A stretch of 43,733 bases of DNA from Fibrobacterales bacterium (GCA_051532035.1 JAOPTW010000089.1:1-43733), one strand, 5' to 3'. Counted from the stretch's first letter, positions 30,778 through 41,114 are shown. Translations and numbers: made by a program. The notes: generated by a model not told the origin, from the sequence alone.

Positions 30778-31107
30778 TTACAAGAACCTATTAACTTTAT
30801 CAGATGGACTTTCTTCCTTGCAAATATCACCTGATACAGCAGGCGCTAACTTCACTCCCCTTTTAATATCAAAATAAACATTAAAATCGTGGTTATTATG
30901 CTTAGGGCATAATGGAATTATATATGCACTTTTATCATTCGTATCAACTTGCTCAACATGTGCTCCAAATAAATTTTTAGCCACATCACAGTAAATATGT
31001 GAACAAATCGATCTAAATTGCTTGGTATGCTTCTCCCAATGCTCAATCCACCCACCTTCGCAGTTGCACTTTAATTTACTTGTATCTGGTATATTTTTTA
31101 CTTTCAT
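30778..31107 (-). CDS. Small Cys/His-rich protein, HNH-like zinc-binding
   Basis: CNC..WIEHW, CSHIYC, GAHV, YIIPLCPKHN. Confidence 0.65.
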   Translation of the reverse strand: MKVKNIPDTSKLKCNCEGGWIEHWEKHTKQFRSICSHIYCDVAKNLFGAHVEQVDTNDKSAYIIPLCPKHNNHDFNVYFDIKRGVKLAPAVSGDICKEESPSDKVNRFL

Positions 31108-31152
31108 ATATTTTCCTTATGCTGTCTATTATAACGTCTTCCCACTATCAAC

Positions 31153-32082
31153 TCACTCCCCAAAAACATACCCAACCCCATCAACCAACACTTCAATCTT
31201 CCTCATAAACTTACCAACATTAGCCACACCCCAATTCCGCGCAACATAATACCCTTCCCCCTCAAAGAACAGCTCAGGCTCATCACGCCACCGCAACGCA
31301 CCTTCATCTTTACCAATAGCCATTATCACTCCTTGCTTATACTCATCATCGTCACTCTCTTGTGTTGGTTGCCCAAGAGTTTGCAGATACTCTGTTATCA
31401 TTGATTCAGTCTTAGGTGATATATCCCTACTCAGAATAGGCTCTAACAGATAATCCACCAACTGCTGATAGTTTATCTGAATGAACTCCTTACAGCTACA
31501 CTCCGGCTCGGTCAATTCACTGAGCGCTATCCCCGAAAGTGGAGTCAGAAAGGTATAGAAGGTTATGACATCCTTTGACTCATGCGCATGGTAATAGTCA
31601 TAATACTTGGTCGTCTGATCGCTGTGCTCTTTGGTAGTCACCTTATTCTCAACAATAATCCTGAGTACTCTCTGTACACCCGATATGGTAATATGAGCCT
31701 CTACATAGATATCCAACCGCCCCACACCAGTGATATGCCGTTCAGTCTCTACCTGTATACCCGAAAGCGTAAAGTCACCCGTGATGATAGCGTCAAAGAG
31801 ATCCTTATGCTGGTTCCCCTGATACTCATTACTGGCGATAACCAGTATCTCCAAAAACTTCTCAAGAGGATACGATACGAGATTATGATTCTCACTGCTA
31901 CTGAGAAGCCATGCAATAAAATTACTATGCACCAGCTCCTTCCGACTCACCCCGATTATCTCACTATACGACTTGGTGTTATAGTATTTGTCTAACCTAT
32001 GAGAGACGTCATCATTCTTGAACTTAAGTATCTGATTCCGAATCTGATCGACGGTGATCTCTTTATAGTCTTCCTGTGTCAT
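31153..32082 (-). CDS. PD-(D/E)XK nuclease superfamily protein (PDDEXK_4-like)
   Basis: ELVHSNFIAWLL, ETE...GRLDIY, IIVENKV...EHSDQTTKY; start refined to ATG 32082. Confidence 0.85.
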   Translation of the reverse strand: MTQEDYKEITVDQIRNQILKFKNDDVSHRLDKYYNTKSYSEIIGVSRKELVHSNFIAWLLSSSENHNLVSYPLEKFLEILVIASNEYQGNQHKDLFDAIITGDFTLSGIQVETERHITGVGRLDIYVEAHITISGVQRVLRIIVENKVTTKEHSDQTTKYYDYYHAHESKDVITFYTFLTPLSGIALSELTEPECSCKEFIQINYQQLVDYLLEPILSRDISPKTESMITEYLQTLGQPTQESDDDEYKQGVIMAIGKDEGALRWRDEPELFFEGEGYYVARNWGVANVGKFMRKIEVLVDGVGYVFGE

Positions 32083-32381
32083 GTATGCGTCACACCCTTC
32101 CCTTGAGTACGGAGGCACCCTGAGCGAACCACCATGGAACGGTACAGAGTAAAAACCACATTACAAACTAGTAATACACTACTCCCCCTTGAGAGTAAGC
32201 CCCAATAAACAGCGAAAACAAACATATTAAGCGGAATTTAGGCTACGATTGAGCCCTAAAACAGATATTTAGGCTACGATGCACCTGAATATCACAGAAT
32301 GATTTACACAAAAAACCTGACACCCTCATACGAAACAGTGCGTACGGTAAATTATTGCGAGAGTTGCGTAATTATTGGCAT

Positions 32382-33070
32382 CTCACGCACTTGAATCGAG
32401 TGCGTACGATTTTTCAAACCTAGATTTGCATTTTTCACCGCCACCTCACAGCAATTCGAGCCCATCTCAACGTTTTTAGTGCTCACTCACGCACTTAAAT
32501 CGAGTGCGTACGATTTTTCAACCCTAGATTTGCGTTTTTCAGAGCCACCTCACAGCAATTCAAGACCATCTCAACGTTTTTAGCGCTCACTCACGCACTT
32601 GAATCGAGTGCGTACGATTTTTCAAACCTAGATTTGCGTTTTTCACCGCCACCTCACAGCAATTCGAGCCCATCTCAACGTTTTTAGCGCTCACTCACGC
32701 ACTTGAATCGAGTGCGTACGATTTTTCAAACCTAGATTTGCGTTTTTCACCGCCACCTCACAGCAATTCGAGCCCATCTCAACGTTTTTAGTGCTCACTC
32801 ACGCACTTGAATCGAGTGCGTACGATTTTTCAAACCTAGATTTGCGTTTTTCAGAGCCACCTTACAGAAATTCAAGACCATCTCAACGCTTTTAGTGCTT
32901 AATTCCGCACTTGAATGTATGTGCGTACGACTTTTCAACCCTAGATTTGCGTCTTTCAGAGCCAGATTACAGCAATTCAAGACCATCTCAACGTTTTTAG
33001 TGCCTAATTACGTACTTGAATGTACATGCGTACGACTTTTCACCTCTGGAGTTGCGTCTTTCAGACCCAG
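32382..33070. repeat. Tandem array of ~6.5 copies of a 104-bp unit, each with a hairpin
   Basis: Units start at 32382, 32486, 32590, 32694, 32798, ~32903 and ~33007; each of the first five contains acgcact-N7-agtgcgt; last copies degenerate. Confidence 0.95.
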
Positions 33071-33311
33071 CTCTCAATTTTTGAACCCAATTCTACACAA
33101 TGTAATAAGAGAGTACTCCCATTTTGGTCTGCACCCAAATCCGGAATCATTTCACGGCAACAATTTTGCCCTGCACTCAAATCCGGAACCATATATCAAA
33201 CATTTTAAGCCAGCACGACAACCCAAAAAGCCGGAGGTATATGAGTCAAGGTTTATCATTCGAAGGACTCAGTTGGCTTAATGATAATTTTGGCGAACAC
33301 CCAAAAGAGGC

Positions 33312-33596
33312 CTATCGCTCCCCTACTGTTTCTTCCCCAGCCCGAAACCCCTCCAACACCTCCACCAATTCATCCTCATTCATCTCACCCTTCTTAACAA
33401 ACACCCCATGAGGGTCATTCGCTCTATTCTTCCTCTTCAAAAAATGATATTCCGAAAGATTATCGACACACGACTTTACCCAGTCAAACTGATAAGTGAT
33501 ACCACAGGTTATAGACTCACCCATTTTACTTCCTTCTTCATCAAGACTCCGTGCTACACCTTCTAATGATGCCTGGATTTGATGTAATCTAACGTT
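33312..33596 (-). pseudogene. Gene fragment next to the dispersed repeat
   Basis: 70-aa ORF whose frame stays open upstream (QASLEGVARSLDEEGSK) until ~25 bp from the repeat at 33620. Confidence 0.3.
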
Positions 33597-33619
33597 TCAC
33601 TATTATTCAAACGAAATCC

Positions 33620-33776
33620 ATGGTTGACCGAGCCTCTTTTATTGGCTGGCAGAAAGACTTCGGTCATTTTAAACCGGATTCATCAATCGCCGTGCCTCGA
33701 CTTGAGCGATCATGATAACCCGGGCTAGACAGCCCACCATAAAGTCGTCAAAACTCGTATGGTACCGTATCCTCTC
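33620..33776. repeat. Dispersed element, copy 1
   Basis: atggttgacc...taaaccggattcatcaatcgcc...cccgggctag...cccaccataaagtcgtcaaaactc recurs at 36214 and 40790. Confidence 0.9.
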
Positions 33777-33894
33777 ATGCATTGGGTATGCCTCTTTAAT
33801 TTAGTTACCACCCAAAACCTAAGAGCTTGATGAAACCAAGGCAAGGACTTACCTTTATTTCTTTATAGTTATACTAAAAGTAATACGGTTTTTT

Positions 33895-36123
33895 ATGAAA
33901 TATATGCTTCTACTACTTCTGCTTATAGGCACGAGCTATTCCAAGGACCTCCACTGGCAAAACATCAGCATGCCGGGTGCTGCCGTCAGTAGCCTCTTAA
34001 CTGATGGGAAAGAGTTATACGCCTCAACGAGAGAACGTTTAAAAAAATGGGACACGAGTACCCAACAATGGAATGACGACTTAACACTTACTGAGCCAGG
34101 GCATTACCGTCATATGATACAGGCTGATACATTCTCTGTTATTGCGACAGATAGAGGAGTACTCTACCGAAAATCAACGGGGGCTTGGGAACCCATTGCA
34201 TCACCCATCTCAACTGCTGGATCTGTAAGAGGAATACATTATAATAAAAACACCCTCTATATATCTTCCACTAAATCCATATATTCGACTCAAAACTGGG
34301 GAGTCACTTGGGAACACCACTCGGTGCCACCTAGTAATTCTATAAATATAGGAGCCTCGGTCATTCACAACGACACCCTATGGGTGGGACATGAATATTT
34401 GGGAAAACTATACTTGATGGACTTACAGACCAATAGTTGGGATAGTACTCAACTCTTTAGATATCTAGGTCAAGGCGTAACATCATTAGTATTTAAAAAT
34501 GATAGCCTCGTTATTGGTACCAAAGAAGAAGGAACCATGATATTGAGACCTCCCTATACCGAAGCGTTACAATATTCCTATGCTTCTATGTATGCCGACT
34601 ATATCGAAAAAATTATTGTTGAAAATGATAGACTCTACGTCATAAACCATTTTGGAGATTTCGAGGATAAATCAGGTATTTATACAAGTTCTCCTGGAGG
34701 CAGTTGGACAGATATAACAGGAAACTTACCTAAAAAGACCCTTTCAAGCATGACCTTTTTTATGGGTTCACTGTGGGTGAGCGACATATATACTGGTGTT
34801 CATCGGCTCGATGGTGACACATGGACCTCGGTGAACGCAGGCCTCAACGAACTCATCTATGATAAGGCAACGCTCTTTAATAACGACCTATATGTATCGG
34901 TATATGGTGGAGAAATATTTCGCTCAAAGGGCTTAACCAATAATTGGACACCCGTCCCTATTAACCTAAAAACACATAGACCGAGCTATGCTCTTGAAAG
35001 TACAACAGCAGGTGTTTGGTATGGAGTCCTTAGTGATGGTATATTTTTTACAGATGGTGACTCACTGGTTAACGTCAGTAATAACATCGATGAAGAACAT
35101 ATATCTATAAGCGGTATAAGTATTCTTAATGATGAATTCTATATTGGGGCACGAGGCTCCCAAATTGGTGTTTCTATATTAAAAAAGAACGGTGACTCTT
35201 GGCTTTCCATATCAGATGATATCGATTCAAATTTTACTCGTTCTATCACCTTATTAGAGCAAACCAGTAACTACCTCTACGTCTGTGAAGTAAGTGAACG
35301 TCTTTCCATATATGATAAAGCCTTAAAGACATGGGAACATTTAACGACACCCAGTTTTCCTTCCTTTTTACATGTAGAAAGCGATCCGTTTATTTTGGGC
35401 GCAGGAAAGGAGCTATTCATCAGTAATGACTCAGCAAAATCATGGCAACCAGTAGCAAATACTCCTGATGAGTATTACAACAATATTCTTCAAATTAATG
35501 ACACCTTCTATCTTGGAACTTATAAAGGTATTTACATGTGGGATAGAAAGAATGCTCACTTTGAATTAATCGGCTTAGAAAATAAATACATCACTACATT
35601 ACTAGAAAAAGACAGTAATCTCATTGCTCTCACTACTGCAGGAATATTTAGCGCTCATTTATCAGGCTCTGTACCAATAACTGACAAATCGTCTGCTGCA
35701 CATAGATCAAGTTCTACTGAAGATTTATCAAATAGCATCAGTAAGGAATCCAGTAGTGAAAACAACTACTCAGCTCATGCCCAAACAGCTTCAAGCAGTG
35801 ACAGTATTCCATCAAGTATTAATGCAAGCGAATCAAGTAGTCTACAACAGGAAATGAGTAGTACCCAAAATACAGCACATGTAAACTATGATACAACTCC
35901 ATATAATACCCCTCATTTTTCTATTCAAGAAAATGGTTTTATTATACAAGAAAACACCATTTTTAAAGCATATCTCTATAGTATTACCGGTCAAAAATTA
36001 AGTGCTATTACCGGTTCTCATTCAGGTACATATTACTGGAATACCAGTATAGATGATGGTGTGTATGTTATCCAATGCATTACTCCATCGGGTAGTCAAA
36101 CACAGGTATTTAGTATTCAATAG
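33895..36123 (+). CDS. Secreted beta-propeller/BNR-like protein with Ser-rich linker and T9SS-type C-terminal domain
   Basis: Signal peptide; repeats STQNWGVTW, SSPGGSWT, SNDSAKSWQ; tail YSITGQKL...GVYVI...QVFSIQ. Confidence 0.75.
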   Translation: MKYMLLLLLLIGTSYSKDLHWQNISMPGAAVSSLLTDGKELYASTRERLKKWDTSTQQWNDDLTLTEPGHYRHMIQADTFSVIATDRGVLYRKSTGAWEPIASPISTAGSVRGIHYNKNTLYISSTKSIYSTQNWGVTWEHHSVPPSNSINIGASVIHNDTLWVGHEYLGKLYLMDLQTNSWDSTQLFRYLGQGVTSLVFKNDSLVIGTKEEGTMILRPPYTEALQYSYASMYADYIEKIIVENDRLYVINHFGDFEDKSGIYTSSPGGSWTDITGNLPKKTLSSMTFFMGSLWVSDIYTGVHRLDGDTWTSVNAGLNELIYDKATLFNNDLYVSVYGGEIFRSKGLTNNWTPVPINLKTHRPSYALESTTAGVWYGVLSDGIFFTDGDSLVNVSNNIDEEHISISGISILNDEFYIGARGSQIGVSILKKNGDSWLSISDDIDSNFTRSITLLEQTSNYLYVCEVSERLSIYDKALKTWEHLTTPSFPSFLHVESDPFILGAGKELFISNDSAKSWQPVANTPDEYYNNILQINDTFYLGTYKGIYMWDRKNAHFELIGLENKYITTLLEKDSNLIALTTAGIFSAHLSGSVPITDKSSAAHRSSSTEDLSNSISKESSSENNYSAHAQTASSSDSIPSSINASESSSLQQEMSSTQNTAHVNYDTTPYNTPHFSIQENGFIIQENTIFKAYLYSITGQKLSAITGSHSGTYYWNTSIDDGVYVIQCITPSGSQTQVFSIQ

Positions 36124-36213
36124 CACAATAATCCCTCCCATAAAGAGCGCAAAGAATATATCCTCACGACGCTCAAGCTGCCAAATGATAAAGTGGGAAA
36201 GTGACGCCCTCAC

Positions 36214-36536
36214 TAAACCGGATTCATCAATCGCCGTGCCTCGACTCGAGCGATCGTTATAACCCGGGCTAGGCAACCCACCATAAAGTCGTCAAAACTC
36301 TTATGGTATGTTATCCTCTCCCGCTCCTCAACCACACTGCATGTATCGGGACATCTTTTATTATACCATTCAAAATGACTCATTTCATAGGTACTTAATG
36401 GGCTTACAATAGGTTGTTCGACTTTGGTATAGGCGGTTTTCATAGGTATTTCTGCTGGTTTAATGTGTTCTCTGCAAGTTAGACGAATAGAATTGAGAGT
36501 ATGTTACCCAAACAATGATATTATTTGAGATAGCTC
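36214..36536. repeat. Dispersed element, copy 2 (carries a 76-aa ORF at 36213-36443 on the - strand)
   Basis: 36214-36321 matches copies 1 and 3; 36427-36536 matches 40953-41062. Confidence 0.9.
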
Positions 36537-36573
36537 ACTGAACCTCCCACCGACTATTCAATATCGAAATTAA

Positions 36574-36593
36574 AGTGTGACACACATCACACT
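36574..36593. promoter_or_regulatory. CRP-family binding site
   Basis: agTGTGA-cacaca-TCACAct, perfect TGTGA-N6-TCACA, upstream of the OmpA-like gene. Confidence 0.6.
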
Positions 36594-36763
36594 CATTTCT
36601 CCACAAAAATTCAAATTCATCCCCTACCGCCCCAAAACCCCATCTCACCCTTTTCTACCATCAATGTAAACAAGAGTTTTCAAAATACATATCCTAAATG
36701 AGGCTACTATTATTTGCCTACAAGAAAACAACTATTCATTTATATACAACTAAAGCTTACTCT

Positions 36764-38560
36764 ATGATTTCAGAATCAAAAAATTTACTTGATCACTCAA
36801 TTTTTAACGATGATAAAAATTTTGCATCACCTGCAAATGAACGTTTCGCTTCTAAACCAAGCGGTGGTGGCGGATATTTCAGTGGATCAAGCAGTTCTTC
36901 AAGTGGCGCAGCATCAAGTACACAAGCAGAAGATACCGAAGAAGAATCAACGGATTCTACACCTCCTCAAGAGGAAGAAGAGGCTCCTACCGGTCAACTG
37001 GTTCGCCTTAACACAGCTCAATTTATTACACCCGAAAATGCCAAAATCGATGAAGACATTGAGGTTGAAGCAACCTTTGAATATCTAACTGAACGTACAC
37101 CACCCCTCACCTTTTGCCTCATGGCAACCTATAACGGTGTCGAAGAAGTCGGTCCTATTATCAGCGCTGAAATTTCTGAAGGAACTGCCACAGCGACCCT
37201 TAACCTAAAACAGCACATGGATTTCTATTTTACCGAAGAGCGCACCGAAGAAGATAAGATAGAGTACAGCTTCTCCATCAAATGTGATGAAGATGGCACT
37301 TTGCTGCAGGGTGATGTGATTGAACTCCCCGAACTCCCACTGAATATTGATATTGTTGAGATTGCAGATTCACTCTTTAACAGCAATAGTGCGGTGCCCT
37401 GTTTAGACCCCGAGGGTCTATTAATCGCATCTATTCAAGCCACTCTCAAACATGCACAAGAGTGGCCCGATAAAGAACTCGTTATTTATGGCCATACGGA
37501 TACCTCTGGTGAAAATGACATCAACTTCCCATTAAGTGAAAAACGCGCACAGGCTTTTAAAGCACTATTAATGAATGATGATTCTTGTTGGAATAGTGCT
37601 ATTGAAAACAATAGTTCAGTCTTAGATTATCAATCAATTATTAATGCACTCAATGCCTATGGCTGGAGTGCACATTGCGGTGAAGCAGATGGAATTGATG
37701 GCCCAAACACAGAATCTGCTCTAAAAAGTTTTCAAACAGAGTACAATGAAAATACTGGGAATTCTATAAGTACCGATGGTATCATTGGGCCTCAAACATG
37801 GGACGCTCTTAGAACAAGCATACATAAAACAGCAACTCATGACTTTGAACATGCTGAAGTACCACTCACTTTTGGAGCTGAAGGTGAAGGTACATACCCC
37901 TGTGGAGAATCATTCCCCATAGAAGAGTCCCTTCGCGACAGGTATACGTCTTCTACTAATCGTCGATGTGAAATTGGCTTTCATGAACGCCCCAATCCAC
38001 CTTTACTTGTAATACATAGTGACCCGTCTACGTTAGTAACACCTGTAGAATGCCCTGTCTATGACTCAGGTCTGTGCACAAAAACTATTATCCCACTCAC
38101 TGGAATAATACCAGATATACTATGGGGTAAAATTCATATGCAGTTTTTATCTCCATCGTTAAAGCCAATTAAGAATGCAACATTAAAGCTCACTCCCACG
38201 AGCAATGAGCATATAACAGATAATAATGGAGAGATTATTATAAACGATATTTCTTTAAAAGAATATCAAATAGAACTTTGCATTGGCCCTGTAGTCATTC
38301 AAATACCCGCTCCTTGGCTCACTACCAATTCTACAATACACCGTGAATGCCTTATTGACATAAAACAACAGATCAAACCATTAGATATCATTACCGCTGC
38401 CCAATTTTCACTTTCTTGCCTTGATTACTATGACGGCTCTTTTGATGGAGATGCCTCTAGTATTAGAACAGCAGTACAAATGTTTCAAAAAGATCATGAA
38501 ATTGAGGTTACGGGAACAGTTGACCCTATCACTTACGAACAAATACTCGCTCTTCTTTAA
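36764..38560 (+). CDS. OmpA-like and peptidoglycan-binding domain protein
   Basis: LFNSNSA, IYGHTDTSG...N..LSEKRA, NRRCEI; PG_binding_1-like DGIDGPNT..ALKSFQ, DGIIGPQTW and C-terminal AVQMFQKDH..VTGTVD; start 36764 or 36698. Confidence 0.8.
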   Translation: MISESKNLLDHSIFNDDKNFASPANERFASKPSGGGGYFSGSSSSSSGAASSTQAEDTEEESTDSTPPQEEEEAPTGQLVRLNTAQFITPENAKIDEDIEVEATFEYLTERTPPLTFCLMATYNGVEEVGPIISAEISEGTATATLNLKQHMDFYFTEERTEEDKIEYSFSIKCDEDGTLLQGDVIELPELPLNIDIVEIADSLFNSNSAVPCLDPEGLLIASIQATLKHAQEWPDKELVIYGHTDTSGENDINFPLSEKRAQAFKALLMNDDSCWNSAIENNSSVLDYQSIINALNAYGWSAHCGEADGIDGPNTESALKSFQTEYNENTGNSISTDGIIGPQTWDALRTSIHKTATHDFEHAEVPLTFGAEGEGTYPCGESFPIEESLRDRYTSSTNRRCEIGFHERPNPPLLVIHSDPSTLVTPVECPVYDSGLCTKTIIPLTGIIPDILWGKIHMQFLSPSLKPIKNATLKLTPTSNEHITDNNGEIIINDISLKEYQIELCIGPVVIQIPAPWLTTNSTIHRECLIDIKQQIKPLDIITAAQFSLSCLDYYDGSFDGDASSIRTAVQMFQKDHEIEVTGTVDPITYEQILALL

Positions 38561-38569
38561 GGATTTACA

Positions 38570-39730
38570 ATGCCCAATAGTTTTAGATTTGATAATAATA
38601 CACCGGTTAATGCAGAAACGTTGAAAATTTTAATTGAAGGCATAAGTACACCTGTTAACGTACTCAATAAAACCTGCACAATCAAAGTACATGAAATAGA
38701 TAAGGGTGCTATAGCAGAAGAACTTGCGATTTTCACATCTAAAGTAACATCACCAACCACGGGAAGCTATAAATTTGAATCAGTGTCACGTACTGATAGT
38801 AATCCAACAACAGCGATATCCGGTGGATGGGTTCTCCCTCACTTCAATATAAACCTTGATGGAGCAACTGATCATACAATAGTTTTTCCTAAAGTATCTC
38901 AAGAAGAGGAATTTTACTATTACAGAATATGTTTTCAAATATATGTCGATGGAAACCTTCTCTTTAGCTCAAAGCCAACAAAGACTATTGTTAATTACAC
39001 AAGTCACTTTTCAACAAATTGTGTGACCGCAACGAAAAAAATCAAGAATGATCATGATACCAATATAGCTTCACGTGGAATTGGTACTGCATACGGTAGC
39101 CAATATGTCCCTCATGATTTGACTCAACACCAAAAAGAAATAACCACTTATGGGCTCATTAAAACAAGTTGCATAGGGTATGTACTTCAAGCCTTAAAAA
39201 ATGCCCATAAACAATCTTATGCTGAAAAGGATTATAAAAAAATATACTCTTTTGTAAAGGATGGTAAAGGTACAACCCTAGCTAAAGGACTTGAAGCTGC
39301 TGGGTGGCAAGGCATCTATTTTAACCAAGACACCAAAAACCCATGTGACCTCAAGGATGATGGCAACCCCACAAAAAGTGAGCATAGTTATAGTTATGCC
39401 ATGGCAAAGAAAACACGAAAATATTACAATCTCAAGGTTCATGGTTTTGTAATTAACTTTCGACCTACTACAGAATTTAACGATACAACTAAGCCTACTA
39501 CAATAACAACAAAAGATTCTGGTAATATTACTAAATTAAGAACAATCCCCTTTGGAGTTATTAATACAAAAGGGGGGACTCACACAGCCTTATTAATAAA
39601 CGGTAAGGTATATGAGGTCCATTGGGACAATTCTCAATATGATTTAGATTTATATGATATTACAGATTTTGAAAATGATTGGGATTGGATTTCAGGAATA
39701 ATACACATTCCTCGCGGTATATGGACATAG
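38570..39730 (+). CDS. Hypothetical protein with C-terminal papain/NlpC-P60-like Cys-His domain
   Basis: TSCIGYVLQAL ... GGTHTALLINGKVYEVHW; no signal peptide. Confidence 0.5.
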   Translation: MPNSFRFDNNTPVNAETLKILIEGISTPVNVLNKTCTIKVHEIDKGAIAEELAIFTSKVTSPTTGSYKFESVSRTDSNPTTAISGGWVLPHFNINLDGATDHTIVFPKVSQEEEFYYYRICFQIYVDGNLLFSSKPTKTIVNYTSHFSTNCVTATKKIKNDHDTNIASRGIGTAYGSQYVPHDLTQHQKEITTYGLIKTSCIGYVLQALKNAHKQSYAEKDYKKIYSFVKDGKGTTLAKGLEAAGWQGIYFNQDTKNPCDLKDDGNPTKSEHSYSYAMAKKTRKYYNLKVHGFVINFRPTTEFNDTTKPTTITTKDSGNITKLRTIPFGVINTKGGTHTALLINGKVYEVHWDNSQYDLDLYDITDFENDWDWISGIIHIPRGIWT

Positions 39731-39764
39731 ATTCAGCTATTTCTACAAACAGGAATTTAGAATA

Positions 39765-40751
39765 ATGGTACAGACACTCTTCATGCTTATAATTTTTATT
39801 CCTTATGTGATATTAGCTAAACACAATGGATCATCTCCTAACAACACTATTAGTGAAATTGAAAAAATTTCAACTACAGTAGTACAATTGAAACACTCAA
39901 GTGGGGCTGTCTCCTATCATAGTCTTTCAAATGGTAAAAAACTATCCCACTATGAACCTACACCAATAGAGCTACGAGACTCTCCAAGATTAACCTTAGT
40001 ACAACAAGAAAATGGTAAGTCAGTTATACTAAAACAACATCAACGTCAAGTAGACACCATACATCTCCCTCATCTACCTAGAATAGAAAAACCAATTGTC
40101 AAAGAGTCAAGTACAAAATATTATTACGCGATCTATTCATTGCAACAACAACGTGCTGATACCATCTATGTATTTAATGTCCAGAAAAAAAATGTCTCTC
40201 ATTTTATCACTACTCCATCTCAAATAAGCGAGTTGCGCAATCCATCATTTCATACCAACGATACATTCATTACCAACGTATCAGGTTGTTTATGTGAAGG
40301 CCAAGACTCCAGAGTGCTCCACTTATATTCTATCGCCAATAACTACCAATATCAAATACCTTATAAAAAGCATACTTCTGAGGTAAATCAAGATATCCAC
40401 ATTGAGAGCAGTAGAGTGTGGTCAATAAACGACACGTCTCTATATATTTGGGCTTATGATTCATTAAAAAGCCCTTTAAAATTTGACTTTAAACAGTTCT
40501 TTAATACAAGTAAATATCAGTATGACATTTCAATGATTGGCAAAAACATCTTTGACTACCATATAACAAAAGCTAACACTGTACGTTTTGTGACCGGACT
40601 TAATAGCACTCTTATCGTAAGAGAAATAGACCAGCATGGAAATAGTATAGCTAATAAACAAAAGAGCATTAAAGATCTTCACAGTGTATTTTTAGATTCA
40701 AATGGCCTTGCCGTCGGCATCACAAAGCAAGGTATTTTTAAAGCATTCTAA
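39765..40751 (+). CDS. Exported beta-rich hypothetical protein (candidate immunity protein)
   Basis: N-terminal hydrophobic signal; directly follows the putative hydrolase. Confidence 0.55.
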   Translation: MVQTLFMLIIFIPYVILAKHNGSSPNNTISEIEKISTTVVQLKHSSGAVSYHSLSNGKKLSHYEPTPIELRDSPRLTLVQQENGKSVILKQHQRQVDTIHLPHLPRIEKPIVKESSTKYYYAIYSLQQQRADTIYVFNVQKKNVSHFITTPSQISELRNPSFHTNDTFITNVSGCLCEGQDSRVLHLYSIANNYQYQIPYKKHTSEVNQDIHIESSRVWSINDTSLYIWAYDSLKSPLKFDFKQFFNTSKYQYDISMIGKNIFDYHITKANTVRFVTGLNSTLIVREIDQHGNSIANKQKSIKDLHSVFLDSNGLAVGITKQGIFKAF

Positions 40752-40789
40752 TCAAATTATTGAATAGGAGTGAAAAGTCTCGTAAAACA

Positions 40790-41062
40790 ATGGTTGACCA
40801 AGCCTCTTTTATTGGATGGCAGAAAGACTTCGGTCATTTTAAACCGAATTCATCAATCGCCTTTCCTCGGTTTAAGTGATCATTAAAACCCGGGCTAGGC
40901 AGCCCACCATAAAGTCGTCAAAACTCTTACGGTACCGTATGCTCTCCTATTAGTATAGGCGGTTTTCATAGGTGTTTCTACTGGTTTATGTGTTCTCTAT
41001 AGGTTAGACGAATAGAATTGAGAGAATATTACCAAAACAATGATATTATTTGAGATAGCTCA
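40790..41062. repeat. Dispersed element, copy 3 (internal ~100-bp deletion relative to copy 2)
   Basis: 40790-40947 matches copy 1; 40953-41062 matches 36427-36536. Confidence 0.9.
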
Positions 41063-41114
41063 TCGAGTCAGCTATAGAGCCATCAAACTCTCCCAGATTA
41101 TACGCCAGACCAAC

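Noticed and set aside
32382..33070. CRISPR array
   Set aside because: Whole 104-bp units are near-identical, with no unique spacers and no cas genes in the window
32795..33411. ORFs 32795-32986, 32895-33281, 33020-33208 and 33124-33411
   Set aside because: Derived from or adjacent to the repeat array; the period is not a multiple of 3; no motifs
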